Assembly (NCBI GenBank): GCA_041565075.1
Contig: JBFGOQ010000005.1
Location: 3,135-67,134 of the forward strand
Origin: Gammaproteobacteria bacterium
GTDB taxonomy: Bacteria; Pseudomonadota; Gammaproteobacteria; Steroidobacterales; JABDLF01
DNA length: 64,000 nucleotides
Direction of reading: 5' to 3'
A program made the translations under genes and the position numbers. Positions 1-7,783 of this stretch are shown here, piece by piece. Under the pieces are notes generated by a model, which saw only the letters and a list, made by a program, of their open reading frames with translations, did not search any database and was not told the DNA's origin. The number at the start of each line of letters is the position of its first letter. The first letter of the stretch is position 1.

Positions 1-524
1 GGCGCATCACGGCACACCGGGGATGCCTGTTCAAGATGCCATGAATGCAGGCGGTTGGCGGCTGGATGCTCAAACCCGAGCAGCGCGCGATCAAGCTGCG
101 CGAGCCCCCTGCCAATGTTTCGCAGCAAGGCTGCGTCCGCGACCGGCAAATCGCAGGCGAATTCCCCCGTCAGATATCCCAGCAGCCTGACATGGTGGGT
201 GCCGCCAGACTCGTCCTTCCACACGGAAGTTGTTCGCCCGTCTAGGTCGCGCACAACCGGGGGCACGGCCATCGGCAACTTCTGCGTCGCCAGATGATCA
301 AGTATTGCGTCCTGCAAATTGAGAACCGCGGCATCGATTCCCGTCGGACTGACCTTAAGCACGTGCAGAGGCGTCGACCCAGAGCAGATCAGAAAACTCT
401 GGTCTGCGAATCCGTCCACGGCGCGTGCCTCTCCGACGATCCCGTAGCATTTATTCGCGATCATCGCCGCCTCGGCGATGGTCAGTTTCGAGTCTCTGTC
501 ACGCGTAACAGTCGGGAAGGGCAT
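1..524 (-). CDS. phosphotransferase-fold kinase (APH / hydroxylysine-kinase / homoserine-kinase-II like), N-terminal part; 3' end lies beyond the left edge
   Basis: Absent from the ORF track because no stop lies in the window. My reverse-strand translation from ATG (524..522) reads MPFPTVTRDRDSKLTIAEAAMIANKCYGIVGEARAVDGFADQSFLICSGSTPLHVLKVSPTG...HHVRLLGYLTGEF and stays open to position 1. Family call is by resemblance only. Confidence 0.55.
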   Translation of the reverse strand, partial: MPFPTVTRDRDSKLTIAEAAMIANKCYGIVGEARAVDGFADQSFLICSGSTPLHVLKVSPTGIDAAVLNLQDAILDHLATQKLPMAVPPVVRDLDGRTTSVWKDESGGTHHVRLLGYLTGEFACDLPVADAALLRNIGRGLAQLDRALLGFEHPAANRLHSWHLEQASPVCRDA

Positions 525-737
525 CAATTTGCACCGCGGGCTCGCCAGCCAAGATTGTGACAGAAATCCCGGACGATTCCCTGTGCAGGCAGGCATAAAT
601 GGGGTTAACCCGGCACTCGGGGCAGTGATAAAATGCTGCCTTTAAGGCCGATCACCGGCAAAGTATCGGACAATGGTACGTTTGCTCCGATGGTTCCCGG
701 CCCAGCCCCCGGTAGCACCAGTAAAGGAATCCCAGGC

Positions 738-2249
738 ATGCGCGTAATCGAGAAACTTGAACTGCTGCGTCAGCACGGTGGCGAGGTCCGGACGCACGGA
801 CTGCCAGACGAAGTCATCAAGCGGTTTGCGGCGATAAGCCCGGAACTCAACCTCGCCGTTGACGAGGCGGTCATTCGCCAGCGCGCGTTGTTGGCGGAGT
901 TTCCCGACCTTATGGAACTGAACGAAGTTGCACAAGCAGCTGCAATCCTTGAACATTTTATAAACTTCTACGCAGACGATAACGTCAATCCCTATGTCGC
1001 ACTTGCGGCCCGCGGGCCCTGGATAATTACCACCCGTGGCGCTGTCGTGCATGACTCCGGCGGCTACGGCATGCTGGGGCTGGGACATGGGCCGGAAGCC
1101 GTCATGCAGGCCATGAGCGGTAACCAGGTCATGGCCAACATCATGACGCCGAGTTTCAGCCAGCTGCGCCTCGCACGCGCCTTGCGCAGTGAAATTGGTA
1201 AAGGCCGCGAGCAGGGTTGTCCGTACACTCATTTCCTTTGCCTGAACAGCGGATCCGAATCGGTAACCTGCGCTGCTCGTCTGTCAGATGTTAACGCGCG
1301 CGAAATGACAGACCCCGGCGGCGCCCATGCCGGCAAGGAAATCGTTGGTTTGGCAATGCGCGGTGGATTCCATGGCAGAACCGAGCGACCTGCTCAGTTT
1401 TCGCACAGTACTCAACGCACCTATTCACGCCATCTCGCGAGTTTTCGCGACCTCGACAACCTGCTGGTAATCGAGCCGAATAACATCGAGCAGCTGGAAA
1501 AGGCTTTCGAGACTGCACGCCAGGAGAATCTGTTCATCGAGTCCCTTTTTGTCGAGCCGGTCATGGGCGAGGGCAATCCCGGCTATCCACTGGACCCGGA
1601 ATTTTACCGACGTGCCCGTGAGCTGACGCTGCAACATGACGCACTATTGCTGGTCGACTCGATTCAGGCCGGTTTACGCGCCCATGGTGTCCTGTCAATT
1701 ATTGATTACCCGGGCTTCGAGGATTGTGCAGCGCCCGATATGGAAACCTATTCGAAGGCCCTGAATGCGGGTCAGTATCCGCTTTCGGTACTGGCAGTGA
1801 CCGAGCGTGCTGCGGCGCTTTATCGTAAGGGCATTTATGGCAACACCATGACTGCCAATCCGCGTGCGCTGGATGTGGCTGTGAGCGTGCTCAAGACGCT
1901 GGATGATGAATTGCGCAGCAATATTCGCCAGCGCGGTAAAGAATTTCTGGACAAGCTGGGCGCGCTTGCCACGGAACTCGAGGGCCGAATTACGAGCGTG
2001 CAGGGAACCGGGTTGCTGATTTCATGCGAACTCGATGCCACTTATAAGTGTTTTGGTGCAGACAGTATTGAGGAGTACATGCGCCTGCACGGCATAGGCG
2101 TGATTCACGGCGGTGCTAATTCCCTGCGGTTTACCCCACATTTCGCTATCACCTCTGAAGAAGTGGATCTCATTATCGAAGTGACTCGCGATGCCCTGCT
2201 TAACGGGCCACGACAGCAGGTCCCCGAGCAAAGACGCGCAGCCAGTTGA
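738..2249 (+). CDS. class III (PLP-dependent) aminotransferase family protein
   Basis: ORF 633..2249. Internal ATG at 738 is preceded by AGGAAT. Motifs LNSGSESV, LLLVDSIQAGLRAHG, METYSKALNAG (PLP-lysine context) and GGANSLRFTPHF are typical of acetylornithine/GABA-type aminotransferases. Substrate unknown. Confidence 0.8.
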   Translation: MRVIEKLELLRQHGGEVRTHGLPDEVIKRFAAISPELNLAVDEAVIRQRALLAEFPDLMELNEVAQAAAILEHFINFYADDNVNPYVALAARGPWIITTRGAVVHDSGGYGMLGLGHGPEAVMQAMSGNQVMANIMTPSFSQLRLARALRSEIGKGREQGCPYTHFLCLNSGSESVTCAARLSDVNAREMTDPGGAHAGKEIVGLAMRGGFHGRTERPAQFSHSTQRTYSRHLASFRDLDNLLVIEPNNIEQLEKAFETARQENLFIESLFVEPVMGEGNPGYPLDPEFYRRARELTLQHDALLLVDSIQAGLRAHGVLSIIDYPGFEDCAAPDMETYSKALNAGQYPLSVLAVTERAAALYRKGIYGNTMTANPRALDVAVSVLKTLDDELRSNIRQRGKEFLDKLGALATELEGRITSVQGTGLLISCELDATYKCFGADSIEEYMRLHGIGVIHGGANSLRFTPHFAITSEEVDLIIEVTRDALLNGPRQQVPEQRRAAS

Positions 2250-2723
2250 TCAGGCGTCAGCGCCCATCGCGATCTGCGGCCAGCGCGCGGGATCCAGCCC
2301 CCAGGCTTGCAGGCTGTAACGCAGCAATCCGGCCTCGCGCCCGGGCTCCAGACCATCACTGACTGCCGTTTCGAGCATCAGGCTGAAAAGCTCGGCGCGA
2401 TATTCTTCTTCGGTCACTGTGCCCAGCACCTTCGAAACGAACTGATCGTCGGGCACGCCCCCGGGGCCAATGGCCGCCACACAGGCAGCATAAATCAAAC
2501 GAAATTCCTGGATGGTGACAGGGCTCTGTGGTTTGAGCCGGCGCGCCCGCGCCCGTTCGTCACCGAGCCTGTTCAGAGCAGGCAAAGCGGTCTCGGCAAT
2601 ATACGATTCCTCGCCTTTGCTGAATCGCCCGTCCGCTGCGACGACCATCGCCAGACACAGCGCCATGGCTCGCCGGCTGTTTGGCGCGGGGCTGAAAAGA
2701 TCGTGGCCTGCGTCACTCACCAT
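2250..2723 (-). CDS. TerB-like / DjlA-N-terminal-like domain protein
   Basis: 157-aa ORF with two aDG....E helix motifs (VVAADGRFSKGEESYI and ETAVSDGLEPGRE). Its ATG overlaps the stop of the upstream ggt by 1 nt (TGATG), suggesting co-translation. Confidence 0.5.
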   Translation of the reverse strand: MVSDAGHDLFSPAPNSRRAMALCLAMVVAADGRFSKGEESYIAETALPALNRLGDERARARRLKPQSPVTIQEFRLIYAACVAAIGPGGVPDDQFVSKVLGTVTEEEYRAELFSLMLETAVSDGLEPGREAGLLRYSLQAWGLDPARWPQIAMGADA

Positions 2724-4441
2724 CAGAAACCTGCCGCATGGCCGTCTTTGCGTGACTCGGAAGCGCCCCGGTATACGCCGCTTTGCTGATCGCGTGCGAT
2801 CGCCTGGTAGCCACCAAAACCCCCATCACCGTAACTGACTTTGTGGCCCTTTTTGGCGAGTGCACGCAGAGTCTCGCTGCTGAAACCCTGTTCGACAAAC
2901 ACCTGGCCGCCGTCGCGCATCTGCTCACCCGTTGGCTCGCTTGAGCCATCATGACGAATTCGCGGCGCATCACCTGCCTCTTGCAGATTCATTTTGAAGT
3001 CGACCAGATTGACAATGATCTGTGCATGGGCCTGGGGTTGCATGCCGCCTCCCATGACACCAAAACTCAACCACGGCTTACCGTTGCGGGTAACAAACGC
3101 AGGAATAATTGTGTGAAACGGCCGCTTGCCCGGGGCAAATGCATTGGCATGCTTTGGATCAAGGCTGAACAACTCGCCGCGGTCTTGCAATATAAAGCCG
3201 AGTTCGCCCGGGGTCATCCCGGAGCCCATGCCACGATAGTTGCTCTGGATAAGCGAGACCATGTTGCCGTCTTTATCGGCCACGGTAAGGTAAATGGTAT
3301 CACCATCGCGCAGGAGTCTGTCGCCGGCAGCATATTCAGATGCTGCGCGCTCCGGATTAATCAGCATTCGCCGGCGATGCGCGTACTCCTTGGAGACCAG
3401 TTTGCCCACCGGGACCCGGGCAAAATCCATGTCCGCATAAAAGCGGGCACGATCTTCAAACGCGAGTTTTTTGGCCTCCACGAATGTATGCAGGTAGTCG
3501 GCACTGTCGAAGCCCATGGCCGCGATATCGAAGCCCTCCAGGATATTCAGGATTTGCAAAGCCGCGATGCCCTGGCCATTGGGTGGCAGCTCCCAGACTG
3601 TGTATCCGCGGTAATCTGATGACACCGGCTCGACCCATTCCGATTCGTGTTCGGCAAGGTCCTCGTAGCTCAGAAATCCGCCGTTCGCTTGCATATATTC
3701 GGTAATCTTGTGTGCGATGGCGCCCTTGTAAAAGGCATCGCGACCCTCCCGGGCAAGCATGCGATACGTGTCCGCGAGTCTTGGGTTCTTAAAGATCTCG
3801 CCGGCGCGTGGCGCCCGCCCGCCCGGCATAAAGGTGGCAGAAAATCCCGGATATTCCTTCAGCACGCGTGCATTGCGTTGCCAGTAATACGCGATGACTT
3901 CGCTTACCGGAAAGCCCTCTTCCGCGTAAGTGATGGCGGGCGCCAGCACCTTGTCCATGGGCAGGCGGCCAAAGCGCCCGTGCAGCTCGAACCAGCCGTC
4001 CACGGCACCGGGCACGCTTACCGGTAACGGCCCGCGCGGCGGGATGCTCTGATAGCCATTGTCCTTGAACCAGCCGAGGCTAAGAGATCGGGGTGAGCGT
4101 CCGGACGCGTTGAGGCCATGGAGCTTCTTGGAGCTGGCCTCCCAGACTATGGCAAAAAGGTCACCGCCAATGCCACAGCCGGTCGGTTCCATCAGGCCCA
4201 AAGCGGCATTGGCAGCAATGGCGGCATCCACCGCACTGCCTCCCTGCCTGAGAATGTCCAGCGCGATTTGCGTTGCCAGCGGCTGACTTGTCGCTGCCAT
4301 GCCATTGACCGCCAGCACTTCACTGCGTGATGCAAAGCTGCGTCCGGATATGCGATCGAAAGACATGGCCTGCCCGGTTATGGCGAGCGCTGTAAGGAGA
4401 AACATAAGGCAGGCCGGTCGGTGGCTAATCGGTGCGCCCAT
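2723..4441 (-). CDS. ggt: gamma-glutamyltransferase
   Basis: 572-aa ORF with a signal-peptide-like N-terminus. It has the autoprocessing Thr context GDTIYLTVADKDGNMVSLIQSNY, then HTIIPAFV and FGVMGGGMQPQ, as in GGT-family Ntn hydrolases. Confidence 0.9.
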   Translation of the reverse strand: MGAPISHRPACLMFLLTALAITGQAMSFDRISGRSFASRSEVLAVNGMAATSQPLATQIALDILRQGGSAVDAAIAANAALGLMEPTGCGIGGDLFAIVWEASSKKLHGLNASGRSPRSLSLGWFKDNGYQSIPPRGPLPVSVPGAVDGWFELHGRFGRLPMDKVLAPAITYAEEGFPVSEVIAYYWQRNARVLKEYPGFSATFMPGGRAPRAGEIFKNPRLADTYRMLAREGRDAFYKGAIAHKITEYMQANGGFLSYEDLAEHESEWVEPVSSDYRGYTVWELPPNGQGIAALQILNILEGFDIAAMGFDSADYLHTFVEAKKLAFEDRARFYADMDFARVPVGKLVSKEYAHRRRMLINPERAASEYAAGDRLLRDGDTIYLTVADKDGNMVSLIQSNYRGMGSGMTPGELGFILQDRGELFSLDPKHANAFAPGKRPFHTIIPAFVTRNGKPWLSFGVMGGGMQPQAHAQIIVNLVDFKMNLQEAGDAPRIRHDGSSEPTGEQMRDGGQVFVEQGFSSETLRALAKKGHKVSYGDGGFGGYQAIARDQQSGVYRGASESRKDGHAAGF

Positions 4442-4519
4442 CTCGAACCCCCGTCTGATAAGTCCTGGCCTTGCCAGCTGGCGATCTACCTTACCGCAGC
4501 GAAGGCCTTCCGTCAGCGC

Positions 4520-5926
4520 CTATTGTGCCTCTGGCAACGTCGCCGCGACGCGTGCAGCCAGCAGCGACAAGAGCGCGAGCGCGAGCACCGCATAATGCGT
4601 GCCCGCAAACTGTGCCAGCAGACCGAATGCGCCTCCGGCCAGGATCAGCACGCCGATCACCGTGTTGCTTACGGCCACGTAAGCAGCCCGCTTGTCCGCT
4701 GTGGCCATGTCCACGAGATGAGTTTTTCGTCCGAGCCGGGCCCCACTATGGGAAATGCCGGATACGAAAAACAGCACCGCGTAAAACCCAGGCCAGGCAA
4801 CCAGCTCAGAACCCGCCAGTATCAAGGTAAACAGAGCGACACCGAGAACGCCGCTCATCATCGCCGACATAGCCATAACCTGGCGGCTGGAGCGGTCAGC
4901 CATGCGGCCCCAGATTGGCGCGCTGAGGGAGCCGGCGAGTCCGCTTGCCACCAGCATCTGGGCCAACCCGGATATGTCGCCGCCGGTCTTCTCACGGGCC
5001 AGTGCTACGTAAAATGGCAACGACAGCGCAACACCCAGCAACAGTGCGCGCGCTACTACGAAGTCGCGGAAAGGCTTGTCCTCTCTCAGTAAGCGGATGC
5101 TGCGCAGGCCCTCAACGATCGCGTTACCGCCCCCCTCTGTGGCACCGGGAACTTCCGCAAGAAAGCTATACAGCAGCGCAGCTAGCAGCCACAGCAGCCC
5201 GGCACCGCCAAGCAAAATAAATACGGCACGCTGTTCAAGCTGGTTGCTGGAGCGCAGGCTGAAATACAGTCCGATGCCCGCCGCCGCAATACCTGCCAGC
5301 GCGCTGGCATAACCCATCATGGTGCCACGGCGTCGTTTTGAGACTGTCTTGCCGAGCACATCTTTTGAAGCTACCGACGAGATGCCGCGGGCTAAGCTGA
5401 AAAACGTCAACAGGATAATGATAGCCAGACCACCTGCCGTGCCCTGCAAATAAAGGCCCGCCACAAGCATGCCGAAAACGCATCTGGCCTGGCCTATGCT
5501 GCCACCGATCCAGAACCACTTGCGCACGGGAAACGGGCGTATGAAACCGGCGAAAATAAGTTGCGGCAGTAGCGCGCCCGCTTCCCGTATGGGCACCAGA
5601 AATCCGGTCAACAGTGCCGGTGCCCCGACCGCGCCAAGCAGCCAGGGCAGCACCAGCGATGCACTGGCAATTTCGTCGCCAACTTTGGTGCAGAAATAAC
5701 TTCCGAGGCTGATGAAGAAATTTTTTGGCTGATCGTTGCACGCCTGTTGTGGAATGTCCTCGCAGACCCGCGCGTCCTCATCGCCCACCAGCAAGTCATA
5801 CAGTCCACTGGTAGAGCGACCGGCGGTTTCGGCAATCGTCTTCAACGTGCCCTCCACGCTGGCATGGCCATGCAAAAATATGCTGCGCCATTTTGGCAAG
5901 AGATTGCCAGCCTCTGCACAAAACAC
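4520..5926 (-). CDS. MFS-type transporter
   Basis: 468-aa ORF, hydrophobic throughout with about 12 helix-length segments by eye and an N-terminal cytosolic extension. Substrate unknown. Confidence 0.7.
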   Translation of the reverse strand: MFCAEAGNLLPKWRSIFLHGHASVEGTLKTIAETAGRSTSGLYDLLVGDEDARVCEDIPQQACNDQPKNFFISLGSYFCTKVGDEIASASLVLPWLLGAVGAPALLTGFLVPIREAGALLPQLIFAGFIRPFPVRKWFWIGGSIGQARCVFGMLVAGLYLQGTAGGLAIIILLTFFSLARGISSVASKDVLGKTVSKRRRGTMMGYASALAGIAAAGIGLYFSLRSSNQLEQRAVFILLGGAGLLWLLAALLYSFLAEVPGATEGGGNAIVEGLRSIRLLREDKPFRDFVVARALLLGVALSLPFYVALAREKTGGDISGLAQMLVASGLAGSLSAPIWGRMADRSSRQVMAMSAMMSGVLGVALFTLILAGSELVAWPGFYAVLFFVSGISHSGARLGRKTHLVDMATADKRAAYVAVSNTVIGVLILAGGAFGLLAQFAGTHYAVLALALLSLLAARVAATLPEAQ

Positions 5927-6067
5927 CTCAAGCCATTGATTTTATTATTGCAGCGCATCAATAAAAAATGAGTTTGTCCGGATAAAATGCTGCATAAAGC
6001 ACTATAATGGCTGCGCTTCAGATAACAGAATAAATTTTGCCTTTGTTCATGATGTAAGGGGAGTGAA

Positions 6068-6388
6068 ATGGATAAACTTGGAAAAATTGCTGTAGTAGCC
6101 GGCATTGTAATCGCGATTGCCGCCGGTGTTTTTAACTTTACCCAGCCGTGGTTTGGTTGGGCACTCGCGGTGCTCGGCCTGATCGTCGGATTCATGAATG
6201 TTTCCGGTGGTGAGTCCAGGAGCTTCCTGGTGGCCGGTATTGCCCTGTTAATGGTGGGCTCCTCCGTGGCCGAGGTGCCAGTGATCGGCGAAGCCATGAC
6301 CAGTTTCCTGGGTTATATCACCGCGTTCATGGCGCCTGCCGTACTTGTTGTGGCGTTAAAGAGCCTGTTCGATACGGTCAAGGACTGA
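6068..6388 (+). CDS. small integral membrane protein, unknown function
   Basis: 106-aa ORF preceded by GGGGAG and made of 3-4 hydrophobic helices. Followed by a strong hairpin terminator at 6426..6453. Confidence 0.55.
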   Translation: MDKLGKIAVVAGIVIAIAAGVFNFTQPWFGWALAVLGLIVGFMNVSGGESRSFLVAGIALLMVGSSVAEVPVIGEAMTSFLGYITAFMAPAVLVVALKSLFDTVKD

Positions 6389-6425
6389 ACACTTACAAGA
6401 CTGCTTTTTCCAGGATGGATTTAAA

Positions 6426-6453
6426 GGCCCGCCCCGATGGCGGGTCTTTTTTT
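6426..6453. terminator. intrinsic terminator between convergent small membrane-protein genes
   Basis: GGCCCGCC-CCGAT-GGCGGGTC forms an 8-bp stem, followed by T7. Confidence 0.8.
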
Positions 6454-6456
6454 GCC

Positions 6457-6669
6457 TCAATTACGCACGCTGTAAATGAGCAGAATGACGAACAATACAA
6501 CGGCAATTATGGGCAGCAGCAATCCGCTCCAGTCGTTGGCTGAGCCTGCCCCTTTTTCGGCTGCCTGGTCAGGCGAGAGTGTGCGCTCGGAGCCCCGATT
6601 CCATCGCCAGAGGATCCAGACCAGCAAGGCGCCGCCCAGCAGCCACTCCCAACCTGCCATGTCACGCAT
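6457..6669 (-). CDS. small membrane protein, unknown function
   Basis: 70-aa ORF with two hydrophobic segments (WEWLLGGALLVWILWRW and LLLPIIAVVLFVILLIY). Same strand as nrdJb and downstream of it. Weak RBS. Confidence 0.4.
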   Translation of the reverse strand: MRDMAGWEWLLGGALLVWILWRWNRGSERTLSPDQAAEKGAGSANDWSGLLLPIIAVVLFVILLIYSVRN

Positions 6670-6720
6670 TGTCCGGGGGGCCCCGCCTGACGGTCCCGCA
6701 CGGGATGATCGTGCTCCGAC

Positions 6721-6825
6721 TCAGTTTTCGTCCCCGTCGAGGTAACCTTTGTGGGGCGGCGGAATGTAGATGGCCGCGACCACGCAGGCAACAGCGATCA
6801 GGGTTGCCACAATTGCTGAGCTCAT
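6721..6825 (-). CDS. 34-aa single-pass mini membrane protein (not in ORF track)
   Basis: My translation: ATG at 6825..6823, preceded by AGAGGACGATA, gives MSSAIVATLIAVACVVAAIYIPPPHKGYLDGDEN then TGA at 6723..6721. Good RBS spacing and one clear TM helix. Confidence 0.35.
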   Translation of the reverse strand: MSSAIVATLIAVACVVAAIYIPPPHKGYLDGDEN

Positions 6826-6876
6826 TATCGTCCTCTGCTTTTCATGCGGCTGCCTGAATCCGATTCGAGACGCAAG

Positions 6877-7632
6877 TCAGCCACATTTTGAATCGCCACA
6901 ACTCAGGCAGGTCATGCAGCCGTCCAGCATGACCACTGCCGCCACGCTGCACTTGGCGCATAACTGGGCCCCGGCCGGAAATTCGCTATCGGCAAAGGCA
7001 TCGGTCTGACGATTGGCCTCTTCATACTCGGCGCGTTTCTGATGGATCAGCTTACGTTGATGCTCGTCAAGTTCGGTGGTCTTGAGCAGGCCGATAGTCT
7101 GCAGATGCTGTTCAACTACATGGCCCAGCTCAGCAATGATGGACGGCATGTACTTGCCGCCCGGCTTCCAATAGCCGCCGCGCGGATCGAAAACCGCTTT
7201 GAGTTCATCCACCAGGAACGTCACGTCACCGCCCTTACGGAACACCGCGGAAATAATCCGCGTCAGCGCCACTATCCACTGGTAATGATCAAGATTCTTG
7301 GAATTGATAAAGACTTCGAATGGCCGACGGGACTCGAACTCGGTACCTTTGTTGAGCACGATATCGTTGATGGTTACGTACATGGCATGGTCGGACACCG
7401 GCGTCTTCACTTTGTAGGTGCTGCCGATAAGGACTTCCGGTCGTTCCACCTTTTCGTGCATGTGAATGACGTTGTCATCGGATTTGCGCGGCACTTCCTT
7501 GCGCAAAACCCTGGGAATTGCCGTATCCGCCGCACTTTCCGTCGCTGCCACAGGACCTTCCGGTGCAGGTGTTTCGTCGTCCTTCACAACCTTGTAACCG
7601 ACTATCTTCTTGCTGATTTTTATCGCTGCCAT
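6877..7632 (-). CDS. nrdJb: class II ribonucleotide reductase, C-terminal fragment protein (NrdJb-type)
   Basis: ORF 6877..7689 begins with TTG, so ATG at 7632 (MAAIKISKK) is the likelier start. It ends with the Cys-rich tail CAKCSVAAVVMLDGCMTCLSCGDSKCG typical of the C-terminus of B12-dependent RNRs. It lies 94 nt downstream of nrdJa. Confidence 0.8.
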   Translation of the reverse strand: MAAIKISKKIVGYKVVKDDETPAPEGPVAATESAADTAIPRVLRKEVPRKSDDNVIHMHEKVERPEVLIGSTYKVKTPVSDHAMYVTINDIVLNKGTEFESRRPFEVFINSKNLDHYQWIVALTRIISAVFRKGGDVTFLVDELKAVFDPRGGYWKPGGKYMPSIIAELGHVVEQHLQTIGLLKTTELDEHQRKLIHQKRAEYEEANRQTDAFADSEFPAGAQLCAKCSVAAVVMLDGCMTCLSCGDSKCG

Positions 7633-7783
7633 GATCTTTCGCCTGTCTCTTGTGCCGCCTCCCGGCGCCTTTACTGTTGGTTTGGACAAGCTGCCCCGCC
7701 GCTGAATTCGTCAGCCCCTGTTTGCAGCACGGGCAGCCCGTCCAAGTTCTTGCGCCCCGGGGCAGTCCGCCCGGAGCATGGGT

